From the NCBI GenBank assembly GCA_012840925.1, contig DUVS01000045.1, positions 23,716-87,715 of the forward strand: a stretch of DNA of 64,000 nucleotides, in the 5' to 3' direction. The translations under genes were made by a program, and so were the position numbers. The notes beneath the pieces are model-generated. The model was not told where the DNA came from, searched no databases, and worked only from the letters and a program-made list of their open reading frames with translations. Position 1 is the stretch's first letter. The number at the start of each line of letters is the position of its first letter. Shown in pieces: positions 9,863 to 20,055 of the stretch. This DNA comes from Bacillota bacterium. Its GTDB lineage: Bacteria; Bacillota; Limnochordia; Darwinibacteriales; DTU012.

Positions 9863-11953
9863 ATGATTAATCATCAACTGTCTTATCAAGGGCGCTGTCT
9901 GCGCATCCTGACCGGGAAGCTGCTCTTAGGCCCCACAGGCAAGAGATTGTTTGCGGATTACCTGGACAAAGAGCCGGGGTTCTCCGGGCGGATCAATTTC
10001 ATCCATACGATTAATCTGACCGGGCTGTTTCGCGTTAGATGCAGTGCGGTTACGGACTATGAAGAAGCCGAGACCACCTGGTATCCAAGTATGCTGACCA
10101 TGAAACTGGAAACGCCCAGGGTGTCGTTTGCGGAAACCAAATTCATCACCTGGGATGACTGTGCAGTCTCCTGTCAAAGCTGGACTAACAAGACAGCCAA
10201 ACCGATCGAACTGACTCTTGAAGCTGAAGCCGCATTGTGTGAGTCGGGAATCGACGAGAGGTCAGGCAGTCTCACCCTGGTATCTCCACAAACGGAACAT
10301 GGTTTTGCCGTTGGCGCCTCTGTCAGGAGTAACATGGGCCTGGAAAGAGGCTCCTATATCTTGATGCCAGGTGAGAGTGTGGAATTCGTGGTCGCGGCAG
10401 CCGTTGGCAACCTGGAGGTGGAAGATCTGGACAGCATTGTGCAAAGATCTATTGATTTCTTTGCCGATGGTGTTGATTATATTTCCCGGCACAATGATGA
10501 ATACGAGAGCTTCTTCAGGGATATTCCCCGCTTTGAGTCCAGTGATCAAGTGTTGAATAAGACCTGGTACTATCGCTGGTTTGTGCTCCGGCATAACCTT
10601 GCCCAACCTGATTACGGCTTTTTGCAGGGAATGGTGATGTATGAAGGGCGTTCCCACAAGAAATCGAAGCGGCCTTTATCCAGCGGCGGCTGGCATTTTT
10701 CCAAATTAATCAATTTGTCTACACCTCTGCAGCTTACGGATATGCGTTGGCACATAAACCGGAAGATTGTCTATGACATGATTAGAAACATGGTTGACAA
10801 TCTGGAAGAGAATGGGTTGTTTTGCTGCGCCTATGTGGATAGAAGACTCCATTCCTTTGCCAACTATGGTGTTTGGGCCATCTACCAGTTTTATCTGGTT
10901 GATAGAAACAAGGAGTTTATCAAGGAAATTCTGCCCCGGCTGAAGGATGTTGTAAAGAACGAAACAAGGGTCTATTCACGGGATGATCATCTCCAGATCG
11001 AGGTCAAACCCAGCCGCACCGGCAAGGAGTATCAACCCAGTTATTGGTATTGGCATGATTATCCGCCAAATCCAAAAGCTCCTGGAAACTACACTCCTCT
11101 CAAAAGGGTTGACCGTTCTGTCTATCACTATAAGAACGTTTTGGGTGTGGCCAGATTGTGTCAGGCACTAGCTGATCCCGATTATCTTGATTTTGAGCAA
11201 GAGGCGGAAAACATCAAACGGGATATTCTGTCCAAGATGTGGGATCCGGAGACGGAGTTCTTCTATGATCTCCATTTTGAAACAGATGCTAAGGCCATGG
11301 TCAAGAACATAGTTGGCATCTATCCCCACTGGGCAGCGATCACCGGGGAAGAGCATTTGGGGGCTTTGAAAAAGTTGTTTGACCCTGACTACTTCCACAC
11401 TGCCTGTCCTTTCCCGTCGGTAGCACGGGATTGTAAAGCCTATCGGCCCGAAGGCGGTTGGATGGGCCGGTTTATTAAAGGTAGAAATGGATGTGTCTGG
11501 TGCGGCCCTTCCTGGCCTTATACAACCAGTGTGGCCATTGATGCCATTGGTATTGAGAGTAAGCGGAGCAATCACAGTTTTGACAAAGAGTTTGCCCATT
11601 ACCTCAGGGAATACTCACTTCAGCACTATAGAGGCCGGGATTTGATGAAACCCTATCTGGTGGAGCATTACCACGGCGAAACAGGGGAACCGTTAAGTGA
11701 TGAACCGGATTACAACCACTCGTTTTATATTGATTTGATCATGTCTCATGTAGCCGGTATCACTTTTGCTGAAGATGGAGTCCGCTTTGATCCGATCGAC
11801 GTTGGCCTGGACTTTTTTGTCCTTGATCAAGTCCAAATTGGCGATGATGTTTACCGGATCACTTACAAAATCCCGGATTGCAGCGATCCAAGGGTGTCGG
11901 AACTTGAGGATGGGTACAATGTATACAAGAACGGAGTTAAGATAGCTCTATAA
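9863..11953 (+). CDS. (alpha/alpha)6-barrel glycoside-hydrolase-like protein, family unassigned
   Basis: 696 aa. Composition and motifs (GGWMGRF...GPSWPYTTS) suggest a six-hairpin glycosidase fold. RBS GGGAGG. Confidence 0.5.
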   Translation: MINHQLSYQGRCLRILTGKLLLGPTGKRLFADYLDKEPGFSGRINFIHTINLTGLFRVRCSAVTDYEEAETTWYPSMLTMKLETPRVSFAETKFITWDDCAVSCQSWTNKTAKPIELTLEAEAALCESGIDERSGSLTLVSPQTEHGFAVGASVRSNMGLERGSYILMPGESVEFVVAAAVGNLEVEDLDSIVQRSIDFFADGVDYISRHNDEYESFFRDIPRFESSDQVLNKTWYYRWFVLRHNLAQPDYGFLQGMVMYEGRSHKKSKRPLSSGGWHFSKLINLSTPLQLTDMRWHINRKIVYDMIRNMVDNLEENGLFCCAYVDRRLHSFANYGVWAIYQFYLVDRNKEFIKEILPRLKDVVKNETRVYSRDDHLQIEVKPSRTGKEYQPSYWYWHDYPPNPKAPGNYTPLKRVDRSVYHYKNVLGVARLCQALADPDYLDFEQEAENIKRDILSKMWDPETEFFYDLHFETDAKAMVKNIVGIYPHWAAITGEEHLGALKKLFDPDYFHTACPFPSVARDCKAYRPEGGWMGRFIKGRNGCVWCGPSWPYTTSVAIDAIGIESKRSNHSFDKEFAHYLREYSLQHYRGRDLMKPYLVEHYHGETGEPLSDEPDYNHSFYIDLIMSHVAGITFAEDGVRFDPIDVGLDFFVLDQVQIGDDVYRITYKIPDCSDPRVSELEDGYNVYKNGVKIAL

Positions 11954-11992
11954 ATTCAAAGAGAGGTACTTCCTTGTGGAGGGGAAATCGAA

Positions 11993-14900
11993 GTGTCCAA
12001 CCACGATTTGTTTGCTGAAATTGGCCTGACGGAGCATCCAGCCCAAAACGAACAGTTGGTTGAAATTACGCCAATTCCGCTGCCAAAGCGGTATTTTACA
12101 GGCACAGAGCTGAGTGCTGGTGTGGTCAAAGAACTGTCTTATACTGAGAAGCTGCAGCAGTTTCAAACAGATCTTGCTGTTTTGCGCAAGCAGTATGCTC
12201 CGTTTTTGCAGAACCATGTCCCAGCTGCACCGCTGCCAAGACGCAGACTCCAGCTTGATCAGTTTCAGTTTCGGTATCAGACGGAGCAAGATCATGACTT
12301 CACCTACGTTCTGGAGGGGCTGGGCGATTGGGAACAGGTAACGATTCCCGATTACCGGGGACCGGCAGGGGTAGACGGAAAATGGACAGGGTATTACCGC
12401 ACCGAATTTGATTTTGCCAAAACAGAAAACAAAAGGATTTACATAGTCTTTAAAGGCGTCGACTATATTGCAAACGTCTACCTGAACAACAAGTGGATCG
12501 GCTCTCATGAAGGCTTCTTTGCCCCCTTTGAATTTGATATCACCGATATTGTGCGGGCACACAACGTCTTGGTTGTGGAGGTTAAGAATGACTATCCGAC
12601 TCTGGGTGTTCAGGAATTGCCTCTATTGGACGGCGATAAGATTTATGCCGCCACCGGGCCTGGATGGGACGATCCTGAGGTGGGCTGGCATCACTGTCCT
12701 CCAGGGGCGGGGATTTACAATCAGGTGTATATCGAAGAAAGATCTGAGCTGTTTGTCCATGATGTTTTTATCCGGCCTGACATCGACGATCACAGCATTG
12801 AGGTCTGGATAGACTTGTGCAGCAGCGATAATCAAGTTGTGCAAGACTTTGTAATTGATCTGGAGGTTTATCCCAGAAATTTCAGTGAGCCGGTTAAACT
12901 CACCCAGACCGTTGCTGTACCCTATATCGGCCCGGGTATTAATTACTACCGCTATCGTTTTCCGTTTAGCGACTATCGCCTCTGGGACCCTGACAACCCG
13001 TGGTTGTATACGGCAAGAGTCAGGATCAGTAAAGATCATGAACTTCTTGATGTGTGGGATCGCAGTTTTGGCATGCGCAAATTCCATATGGATGAAACCA
13101 GCTTACCCAAGGGTACTCTCTACTTGAACAACCGCCCTGTTATTCTCAGGGGCGCAAATGAGATGGGTCATTTACAGCAGTGTGTGATGCGCCGTGATTT
13201 TAAGCAGCTGATCGATGATATTCTCATTGCCAAACTGGCTCATCTGAATTATTTCCGGATCACCCAGCGCCCGGTTCAGGAAGAAATCTACGACTATTTC
13301 GATATGCTGGGCATGATGCATCAGTGCGATCTACCTTTGTTTGGCACATTACGCCGTAATCAATTCTACGAAGCAATCAAGCAGGCAGGCGAAATGGAAC
13401 GTTTGATTCGCAGCCACCCTTCATCTATCATGGTAACCTTTATCAATGAACCGGTAGCCATTCGTAAGCATCCTAATCCCAAACACAAGTATAACCGCCG
13501 CTACCGGGAAAAGGCCCATCGACATTTGTTCCGGCAGGAATTGGAGTACTTTTTCCAGGCTGCCCGAAAAGCAATTGCCCTGGAAAATCCGGATCGGGTA
13601 GTGAAGAATGTGGAAGGAGACTATGATCCGCCAACCTTGGAGGGCTTGCCGGATTTTCACTGTTACTGCATGTGGTATACGAATCATGCCGTGCCCTTGG
13701 GTAAACTCCACAAAGGGTATCTGGCAGCTGTGAAGCGGGGCTGGAAGGTAACCTGCGGTGAATATGGGACCGAAGGACTGGATAATCATGAAGTGATGAT
13801 CAATCACTATCCCCGGGAGTGGCTGCCTAGTGACGAGAATCAGCGTTGGCATCCAGATCGGATCGTCCGAGCTCAGACTTACTTGATGCACGGTGACTGG
13901 TTCCCGGAGCAGTATCGGATTAAGGATTGGATCACTGCCAGTCAAAAGCATCAAGCACTGGCCGCCAAACTGATGACTGATGCATTCCGCCGGCGCAGTG
14001 ATCTGTTGACTGGTACCGCCATACATCTGTTGATCGATGCATGGCCGGCAGGCTGGATGAAGGCTTTGGTGGGTGTGGACCGCGTTCCGAAACCGGCTTA
14101 CTTTGCCTACCAGAAAAGTCTTGTCCCAGTGCGGGTCAACTTAAGGACTGACCGGCTGCGGGTCTATGGCGGGGAAACCTTTGAGGTGGAAAGCTGGATT
14201 CTAAATGATACCGTGACGAAAGATCAGGGAAAGATTGTTGTCACCATAAGAGATGACGCGAAGGATTATGAGTCATTTGCCCAAGAATGCGCCATTGAGC
14301 CTGTCACAGCGGTTTACACCGGTTCAATCAGGTTCAAGGTTCCCAACCTTCAGGATCGGAGCCGGCTGTATCTGGATGCAGTTTTGATAGACAGTTGCGG
14401 CAGGAAAGTCAACCAGGAAAGACTGACACTGACTGTGTTTGATTCGAACACTGGCCGTGCTGGGCTGGAAAATGAGAGAACTGCCTATCTAGGTGACGGT
14501 GCCAGTCGAATATTGCGCAGGCTCGGCCTTGAGGCAGAGGAGTATCAGAATGGCTCCTGTCCCGATGTGATTGTCGGTTCCTCAATTGAAGCAATAAACC
14601 TTCACCAGGAACAGCTGTCCAGCCAGATTAACCGGGGGGCTCACTTAATTCTGATCAGAGAAAATGATCAACCTTTGGAAGTAGAACTGCTGGGACACAA
14701 GTTTACATCGCGATCGATGACTCCGGTTTATTTCGCCGCTGTCAACTCTGAGGCCCAAGTGATGCAGCAGTTCACAGCCGATGATTTTGCCTACTGGTAT
14801 AATGCTGAGAAAGACATGATCGACTTTACAGCGGACAGTCACATCATAGGCAACGGGCTTGTTCCGTTAGTCTTCACCTATCGGAAAAAACACGAACCAG

Positions 14901-15049
14901 GAGCAGACGGAAAAGCCAAACTTCCTATCGTGGGGACGATGGGGATTGGGTCCGGCAGGCTTACATTATGCAGCTTGCCTCTCTCCGGCAAGGTAGGATT
15001 CAATCCTGCTCTTGATCGGCTGCTGTTAGCGTTGATTCAGCAGGAATGA
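11993..15049 (+). CDS. GH2 family glycoside hydrolase (beta-galactosidase/beta-mannosidase-like)
   Basis: 1018 aa. GH2 sugar-binding-domain signature IVFKGVDYIANVYLNNKWIGSHEGFFAPFEFDIT. GTG start with RBS GGAGGGG. Confidence 0.85.
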   Translation: MSNHDLFAEIGLTEHPAQNEQLVEITPIPLPKRYFTGTELSAGVVKELSYTEKLQQFQTDLAVLRKQYAPFLQNHVPAAPLPRRRLQLDQFQFRYQTEQDHDFTYVLEGLGDWEQVTIPDYRGPAGVDGKWTGYYRTEFDFAKTENKRIYIVFKGVDYIANVYLNNKWIGSHEGFFAPFEFDITDIVRAHNVLVVEVKNDYPTLGVQELPLLDGDKIYAATGPGWDDPEVGWHHCPPGAGIYNQVYIEERSELFVHDVFIRPDIDDHSIEVWIDLCSSDNQVVQDFVIDLEVYPRNFSEPVKLTQTVAVPYIGPGINYYRYRFPFSDYRLWDPDNPWLYTARVRISKDHELLDVWDRSFGMRKFHMDETSLPKGTLYLNNRPVILRGANEMGHLQQCVMRRDFKQLIDDILIAKLAHLNYFRITQRPVQEEIYDYFDMLGMMHQCDLPLFGTLRRNQFYEAIKQAGEMERLIRSHPSSIMVTFINEPVAIRKHPNPKHKYNRRYREKAHRHLFRQELEYFFQAARKAIALENPDRVVKNVEGDYDPPTLEGLPDFHCYCMWYTNHAVPLGKLHKGYLAAVKRGWKVTCGEYGTEGLDNHEVMINHYPREWLPSDENQRWHPDRIVRAQTYLMHGDWFPEQYRIKDWITASQKHQALAAKLMTDAFRRRSDLLTGTAIHLLIDAWPAGWMKALVGVDRVPKPAYFAYQKSLVPVRVNLRTDRLRVYGGETFEVESWILNDTVTKDQGKIVVTIRDDAKDYESFAQECAIEPVTAVYTGSIRFKVPNLQDRSRLYLDAVLIDSCGRKVNQERLTLTVFDSNTGRAGLENERTAYLGDGASRILRRLGLEAEEYQNGSCPDVIVGSSIEAINLHQEQLSSQINRGAHLILIRENDQPLEVELLGHKFTSRSMTPVYFAAVNSEAQVMQQFTADDFAYWYNAEKDMIDFTADSHIIGNGLVPLVFTYRKKHEPGADGKAKLPIVGTMGIGSGRLTLCSLPLSGKVGFNPALDRLLLALIQQE

Positions 15050-15107
15050 CATGAGTGCCACCTGTTTTCCCAGTTAAAGGCTGCTTAGTCATTTTACAGC
15101 CGGTGCT

Positions 15108-15149
15108 GTTTACTAAATATGTTGACGAAAATTTAGTAAATTGATAAAC
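15108..15149 (+). promoter_or_regulatory. 10-bp inverted repeat TTTACTAAAT / ATTTAGTAAA (15108-15117 and 15130-15139) bracketing a -35-like TTGACG (15121-15126); extended -10-like TGaTAAACT (15141-15149)
   Basis: Perfect inverted repeat and promoter-like hexamers 40-80 bp upstream of the LacI gene. Candidate autoregulatory operator. Confidence 0.45.
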
Positions 15150-15185
15150 TATATACAAAACCGTGTTTGAACTGAGGTCGATTTC

Positions 15186-16199
15186 ATGAAAAGAAAAGTA
15201 AGTGTTCAAGAAATAGCAAAATTAGCCAATGTATCACCGGCTACCGTTTCAAATGCTTTAAACAACAAACCTGGTGTCAGCGAAATTACTCGCAACAGAA
15301 TCAAAAGCATTGCCCAGGAATTGGGGTATAAGAAGAGCCGGGAGCGAAGCAAGCACTCGGCAATCCGGATCATCATCTATAAGCGGAGCGGGCTCGTAGT
15401 GGCAGATACTCCCTTCTTTGCTTACCTGATTGAAGGGCTGCATCAACAGTGCCGGGCGGCCAAGCTGGAGATGCTGATTACCCATATTACCAGGGACGAG
15501 GGTGATTTTCTCACCCAGGTTGCTGAGATCGAGCAGGATGGAGTTATGGGTTATGTCATTCTGGCCACAGAGATGCTGGAGGAGGATTTTGTCCTTTTTA
15601 AAGATCTCAAACAGCCAGTGGTCTTCCTCGATTCATGCTTCCCATACGAAAACCAGGATTTTGTCTTGATCAACAATATTCAAGGAGCTTACATAGCTGT
15701 GAAGCATTTGATCGATGAAGGGCACAAGAAAATTGGCTACCTGCAGAGTTCGGTCTACATCAACAATTTCTATGAACGGGAGCAGGGCTTTACCCAAGCT
15801 TTGAGAAATCATAACCTGGAAGTGGATCGTTCCTTATGGTTCAGGCTGGAACCAACTTTAGACGGTTCATATCGAGACATGCAGGCAATTCTGGCTAAAG
15901 GAGATTACAAGCTGCCTACCGCGTTTTTCGCCGACAATGATATTATCGCTTTCGGGGCAATGAGTGCCCTGAAGGAATTTGGCATTCGCATCCCTCAAGA
16001 TGTTTCCATTGTCGGATTCGATGATATGCCCTACTGTGAGATTTCTGATCCAAAACTGACCACCATTCATGTTAACAAGCAGCAACTCGGTGCCGTCGCA
16101 GTGAAACGTTTGGTAGAAAAGATCAATAACTGTAAGACCACCCAGAAAATTGCGGTCAACGTGGATTTGGTGAAGCGGCACAGTGTCATGAAAAAGTAA
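15186..16199 (+). CDS. LacI family transcriptional regulator
   Basis: HTH VSVQEIAKLANVSPATVSNALNNKPGVS followed by a periplasmic-binding-protein-like sugar-binding domain. Confidence 0.9.
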   Translation: MKRKVSVQEIAKLANVSPATVSNALNNKPGVSEITRNRIKSIAQELGYKKSRERSKHSAIRIIIYKRSGLVVADTPFFAYLIEGLHQQCRAAKLEMLITHITRDEGDFLTQVAEIEQDGVMGYVILATEMLEEDFVLFKDLKQPVVFLDSCFPYENQDFVLINNIQGAYIAVKHLIDEGHKKIGYLQSSVYINNFYEREQGFTQALRNHNLEVDRSLWFRLEPTLDGSYRDMQAILAKGDYKLPTAFFADNDIIAFGAMSALKEFGIRIPQDVSIVGFDDMPYCEISDPKLTTIHVNKQQLGAVAVKRLVEKINNCKTTQKIAVNVDLVKRHSVMKK

Positions 16200-16207
16200 A
16201 CGTTTAC
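16196..16207 (+). promoter_or_regulatory. perfect 12-bp palindrome GTAAACGTTTAC (LacI-family or cre-like operator candidate)
   Basis: Seen directly. Overlaps the LacI stop codon, 54 bp upstream of the FGGY kinase start. Matches 12/14 positions of the cre consensus TGWAANCGNTNWCA. Confidence 0.5.
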
Positions 16208-16260
16208 GACTGAGTTAAGGAGCAACAAGTGATCAGCACTACACAAGAGGCAGGAGTGAA

Positions 16261-17751
16261 GTGCCGGTGGAACGATTTATCCTTACTATTGATCAAAGTA
16301 CTTCCGGAACGAAAGGTTTGCTGGTCAATGATCAGGGCAGGATCGTGGCCAAACATTGGCAAGCCCACCAACAAATCTATCCCCAACCAGGATGGGTGGA
16401 ACATGATCCGGAAGAAATTTATGCCAGTGTACTGGCAGTAGCAAAACAGCTAATTCAAAACAGCGGTGTCAAGCCAGGCTCTATTGTGGGTTTGAGTATA
16501 ACTAATCAGCGGGAAACGGTAGTTGTCTGGAACAAGGTTACCGGGGCTCCCGTTTATAATGCCATTGTCTGGCAGTGTATGCGGGGAGACCAGATTTGTG
16601 CGGGATTACGGGATGCAGGCTATGAAGAGGAAGTTCGCAGGCGCACCGGTTTGGTTATTGACCCGTATTTTTCTGCCAGTAAAGTCCAATGGATCCTGGA
16701 ACATGTGGACAGTGCAAAAGCGAACCAGGAACAGCTGCTCTTTGGCACCATTGACAGTTGGCTGATCTGGAAAATGACTGACGGAGCGGTTCATGCCACA
16801 GATTATTCCAATGCTTCCCGGACCATGCTCTATAATATCCAGGAATTGAAGTGGGATCCATTCCTGTTTGACTTGTTCAAAATCCCTATTGCCATGGCAC
16901 CGGAAGTCCACTCTTCAAATGCAAGATTTGGCACTACCGATCTCGGGGGGCTATTGCCTGAACCGATCCCCGTCTGTGGTGTGATCGGCGATTCGCAAGC
17001 TGCCCTGTTTGGACAGGGATGTACCACCAGCGGTGCCGCCAAGGTGACATACGGCACCGGTTCTTCCATTGTCTTAAACATCGGGAGAGAGTACCAATTG
17101 CCCCCACCGGGGATTGTGACGTCGCTGGCATGGGGTATCGATAGTACAGTTGACTATATTTTCGAGGGCAACGTCCACTGTACCGGTAAGACAATAGACT
17201 GGATTGTAAATACGCTGGGGTTGATTCCGGATGCCGCAGGCTCTGATGCTGTGGCCCGTTCGGCTGCGGATAATGGAGGAGTCTACTTAGTCCCGGCTTT
17301 TGTTGGTCTAGGGGCGCCTTACTGGAACAACGATGTTCAGGCGGCGATTTTTGGTTTGACGTTTAATACCACGAAAGCTCATATTGTGAGAGCCGGGTTG
17401 GAAAGCATCGCCTACCAGATCTATGATGTTCTGTCTTGTATGCAGCAAACCAATTATCTTCAGTCCGTCAAGGCTGACGGGGGGGCCAGTCAAAACAGTT
17501 TCTTGATGCAGTTTCAAGCCGATATACTGCAGCTGCCTGTGGCTACATTGTCTTATGGGGAATTATCAGCATTAGGCGCGAGCTATTTGGGCGGATTAGG
17601 CCTTGGCTATTGGCAGTCCCTTAATGAAATTAGCGCACTGCAGTCCGCTCCCAAGTTCTATCGGCCTCAGATGCCCTTGGATGAACGGAATCGGATGCTT
17701 AAGGGATGGAAAGAAGCAGTTGGTATGTTAGTTGGAGGTAAGGAGGATTAA
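16261..17751 (+). CDS. FGGY family carbohydrate kinase (glycerol-kinase/xylulokinase-like)
   Basis: ILTIDQSTSGTKG N-terminal ATP motif and GDSQAALFGQGC. 496 aa. Confidence 0.85.
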   Translation: MPVERFILTIDQSTSGTKGLLVNDQGRIVAKHWQAHQQIYPQPGWVEHDPEEIYASVLAVAKQLIQNSGVKPGSIVGLSITNQRETVVVWNKVTGAPVYNAIVWQCMRGDQICAGLRDAGYEEEVRRRTGLVIDPYFSASKVQWILEHVDSAKANQEQLLFGTIDSWLIWKMTDGAVHATDYSNASRTMLYNIQELKWDPFLFDLFKIPIAMAPEVHSSNARFGTTDLGGLLPEPIPVCGVIGDSQAALFGQGCTTSGAAKVTYGTGSSIVLNIGREYQLPPPGIVTSLAWGIDSTVDYIFEGNVHCTGKTIDWIVNTLGLIPDAAGSDAVARSAADNGGVYLVPAFVGLGAPYWNNDVQAAIFGLTFNTTKAHIVRAGLESIAYQIYDVLSCMQQTNYLQSVKADGGASQNSFLMQFQADILQLPVATLSYGELSALGASYLGGLGLGYWQSLNEISALQSAPKFYRPQMPLDERNRMLKGWKEAVGMLVGGKED

Positions 17752-17752
17752 A

Positions 17753-20050
17753 TTGACTAGACTAGAAAACAGCAGCCATGATCTTGTTCTGTGGTATCGG
17801 AAGCCGGCACAGCAATGGGTGGAAGCGCTGCCGATTGGCAATGGCCGCCTTGGTGCCATGGTGTTTGGTGATCCCAAGGTAGAACATCTGCAGGTAAATG
17901 AAGAGACTATCTGGACCGGGAAGCCCCATGACTATGCCCGCAAAGGAGCCTATAAGCACTTGGATACGATTCGCAGTTTGATCGCTGAAGGCAGGCAAAA
18001 AGAAGCGGAAGAGCTTGCCATGGAAAGATTTATGAGCGATCCCCTGCGCCAGAAGGAATATCAACCGTTTTGCGACTTGTACCTGGATTTTACCGCCATT
18101 GATCCGGACCAGGTCAGTTCATACCGCCGGGCATTGGACTTGGATCAGGCACTCGTCTCGGTTGATTTTGTGCATCAGGATGTCAAGTACCATCGGGAGT
18201 ATCTGACGAGCTATCCCCATCAGGCTGTCGTCGTCAACTGCAGTGCCGATCAAAACGGCATGATCAGTTTCAGGGCATCTTTAGGCAGTGCCCATGAAGA
18301 TATAGAGATCACAGCCAGTTCTGAAGGATTGATCCTAAGCGGCCGGGTACAGCCAGATGGCATTCGTTTTCAAGCCCGCCTCATTGTTAATGCTGACGGC
18401 GGAGCGGTTACGGTTAAAACCGATTCAGGTTCGGCAAGTATTGCAGTTAACAACGCCGATTCTGCCACGATAATGCTGGTTGGGGCCAGCAGCTTCGTCA
18501 GTTACAGCGATATCAGCGGCAATCCCGCAGGTCGCTGTACCCGTTATTTGGAAGGGCTGCAGGGCGTTGGTTATGATCAGATCAAGGCAGCACATATACA
18601 GGATTATCAGCAGCTGTTTCGCACTGTATCATTTGATCTTGGCGCTAAACCACTGGACCAGCCAACTGACTGGCGCATCGCCAATTTTGATCCCAGTTCG
18701 GATCTGCAGTTTGTGGCCTTGTATTTCCAGTATGGCCGTTATTTGATGATCTCAGGCTCACGCCCCGGTTGCCTGCCTTTGAATCTGCAGGGAATTTGGA
18801 ATGATCAGCTGAGGCCGCCATGGGGCAGCAAATACACATGTAATATCAATCTGGAGATGAATTATTGGCCGACGGAAGCAGCTAATTTGGCTTCGTGCCA
18901 CCAGCCGTTGTTTAATCTGCTGCGGGTATTACAGCAGACAGGATCAGTGGTGGCCAAAGAGCATTACAACTGCCGCGGTTGGGTGCTGCATCACAATACC
19001 GACATCTGGGGCGGAGCCGCGCCGATAAACGATTCCAACCATGGCATTTGGCCAACGGGAGGAGCTTGGCTCTGCAGCCATATCTGGCAGCATTACTTAT
19101 ATCATCAGGATCTAGATTTTCTTTCGGAATTCTATCCCATCATGCGTGATGCGGCACTGTTTTTTGTCGACTACCTGGTGGAAGATGAAAAGACTGGGTG
19201 GTTAATCAGCACGCCGTCCAATTCACCGGAGCAGGGCGGATTGGTGGCCGGGCCAACTATGGACCATCAGATTATCCGGGAACTGATGCGGAATTGTATT
19301 GCTGCAAGCGAGGTTTTGGACTGCGATCACGAACTGCGCAGCCAGTGGCAGGCAATTCTGGAGCGGATTGCCCCCAATCTGATTGGCAAACACGGCCAGC
19401 TGCAAGAATGGCTGGAGGATCTTGACGATCCCAACAACAAGCACCGTCATGTATCCCATCTTTATGCGCTGTTCCCCGGCAATGAAATCAGCCCTGACAT
19501 TGATTCCCGGTTTAGCGAGGCTGCTAAAAAATCACTTGAGTTCCGGGGCGATAAGGGCACTGGTTGGAGTATGGCTTGGAAAATCAATCTGTGGGCCCGT
19601 CTGCTTGATGGTGATCACGCTTATAAGCTGTTGACCACCCTGATTCGGGAAGGTACCTATCCAAATATGTTTGACGCCCATCCACCTTTTCAGATCGATG
19701 GCAATTTCGGGGCTATCTCAGGGATCATGGAAATGCTGGTGCAGAGCCATTTGGACGGAATTTCGTTCTTGCCGGCGTTGCCCTCCGCCTGGCCCGAAGG
19801 AAGGATCAAAGGAATTTGTGTTCCGGGGGGATTTACCCTTGATTTGACTTGGACTCAGGGCAGATTCGAGGAGGCTTATATATATTCAAAGCTTGACAAT
19901 GAGTGCAGGATTCGCTCCCAGGAGCCGGTTCAGATTTACGACAGCAGCAATCAATTAGTTCCAATGCGGAATTTAGGGAAGCAACTTTATGCTTTTGCTA
20001 CTGTCAAAAACGAGACTTATCGGATCGCAGCTTGTGGAGGAAGGAGTTGA
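17753..20050 (+). CDS. GH95 alpha-L-fucosidase family protein
   Basis: LWYRKPAQQWVEALPIGNGRLGAMVFG...LQVNEETIWTG is the GH95 N-terminal signature. TTG start 5 nt after AGGAGGA and 2 nt after the kinase stop. Confidence 0.85.
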   Translation: MTRLENSSHDLVLWYRKPAQQWVEALPIGNGRLGAMVFGDPKVEHLQVNEETIWTGKPHDYARKGAYKHLDTIRSLIAEGRQKEAEELAMERFMSDPLRQKEYQPFCDLYLDFTAIDPDQVSSYRRALDLDQALVSVDFVHQDVKYHREYLTSYPHQAVVVNCSADQNGMISFRASLGSAHEDIEITASSEGLILSGRVQPDGIRFQARLIVNADGGAVTVKTDSGSASIAVNNADSATIMLVGASSFVSYSDISGNPAGRCTRYLEGLQGVGYDQIKAAHIQDYQQLFRTVSFDLGAKPLDQPTDWRIANFDPSSDLQFVALYFQYGRYLMISGSRPGCLPLNLQGIWNDQLRPPWGSKYTCNINLEMNYWPTEAANLASCHQPLFNLLRVLQQTGSVVAKEHYNCRGWVLHHNTDIWGGAAPINDSNHGIWPTGGAWLCSHIWQHYLYHQDLDFLSEFYPIMRDAALFFVDYLVEDEKTGWLISTPSNSPEQGGLVAGPTMDHQIIRELMRNCIAASEVLDCDHELRSQWQAILERIAPNLIGKHGQLQEWLEDLDDPNNKHRHVSHLYALFPGNEISPDIDSRFSEAAKKSLEFRGDKGTGWSMAWKINLWARLLDGDHAYKLLTTLIREGTYPNMFDAHPPFQIDGNFGAISGIMEMLVQSHLDGISFLPALPSAWPEGRIKGICVPGGFTLDLTWTQGRFEEAYIYSKLDNECRIRSQEPVQIYDSSNQLVPMRNLGKQLYAFATVKNETYRIAACGGRS

Positions 20051-20055
20051 CGGTC

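Noticed and set aside
11948-12562. 204-aa minus-strand ORF overlapping the GH2 start, and the 201-aa ORF at 13421..14026
   Set aside because: Both lie antisense within the GH2 CDS, whose GH2 sugar-binding signature is unambiguous.
19903-20055. Longer 235-aa ORF reading into the metallophosphoesterase from inside GH95
   Set aside because: It would overlap the GH95 3' end by about 150 bp. ATG 20056 has a proper RBS and gives the canonical MKIGVISDTHG N-terminus.
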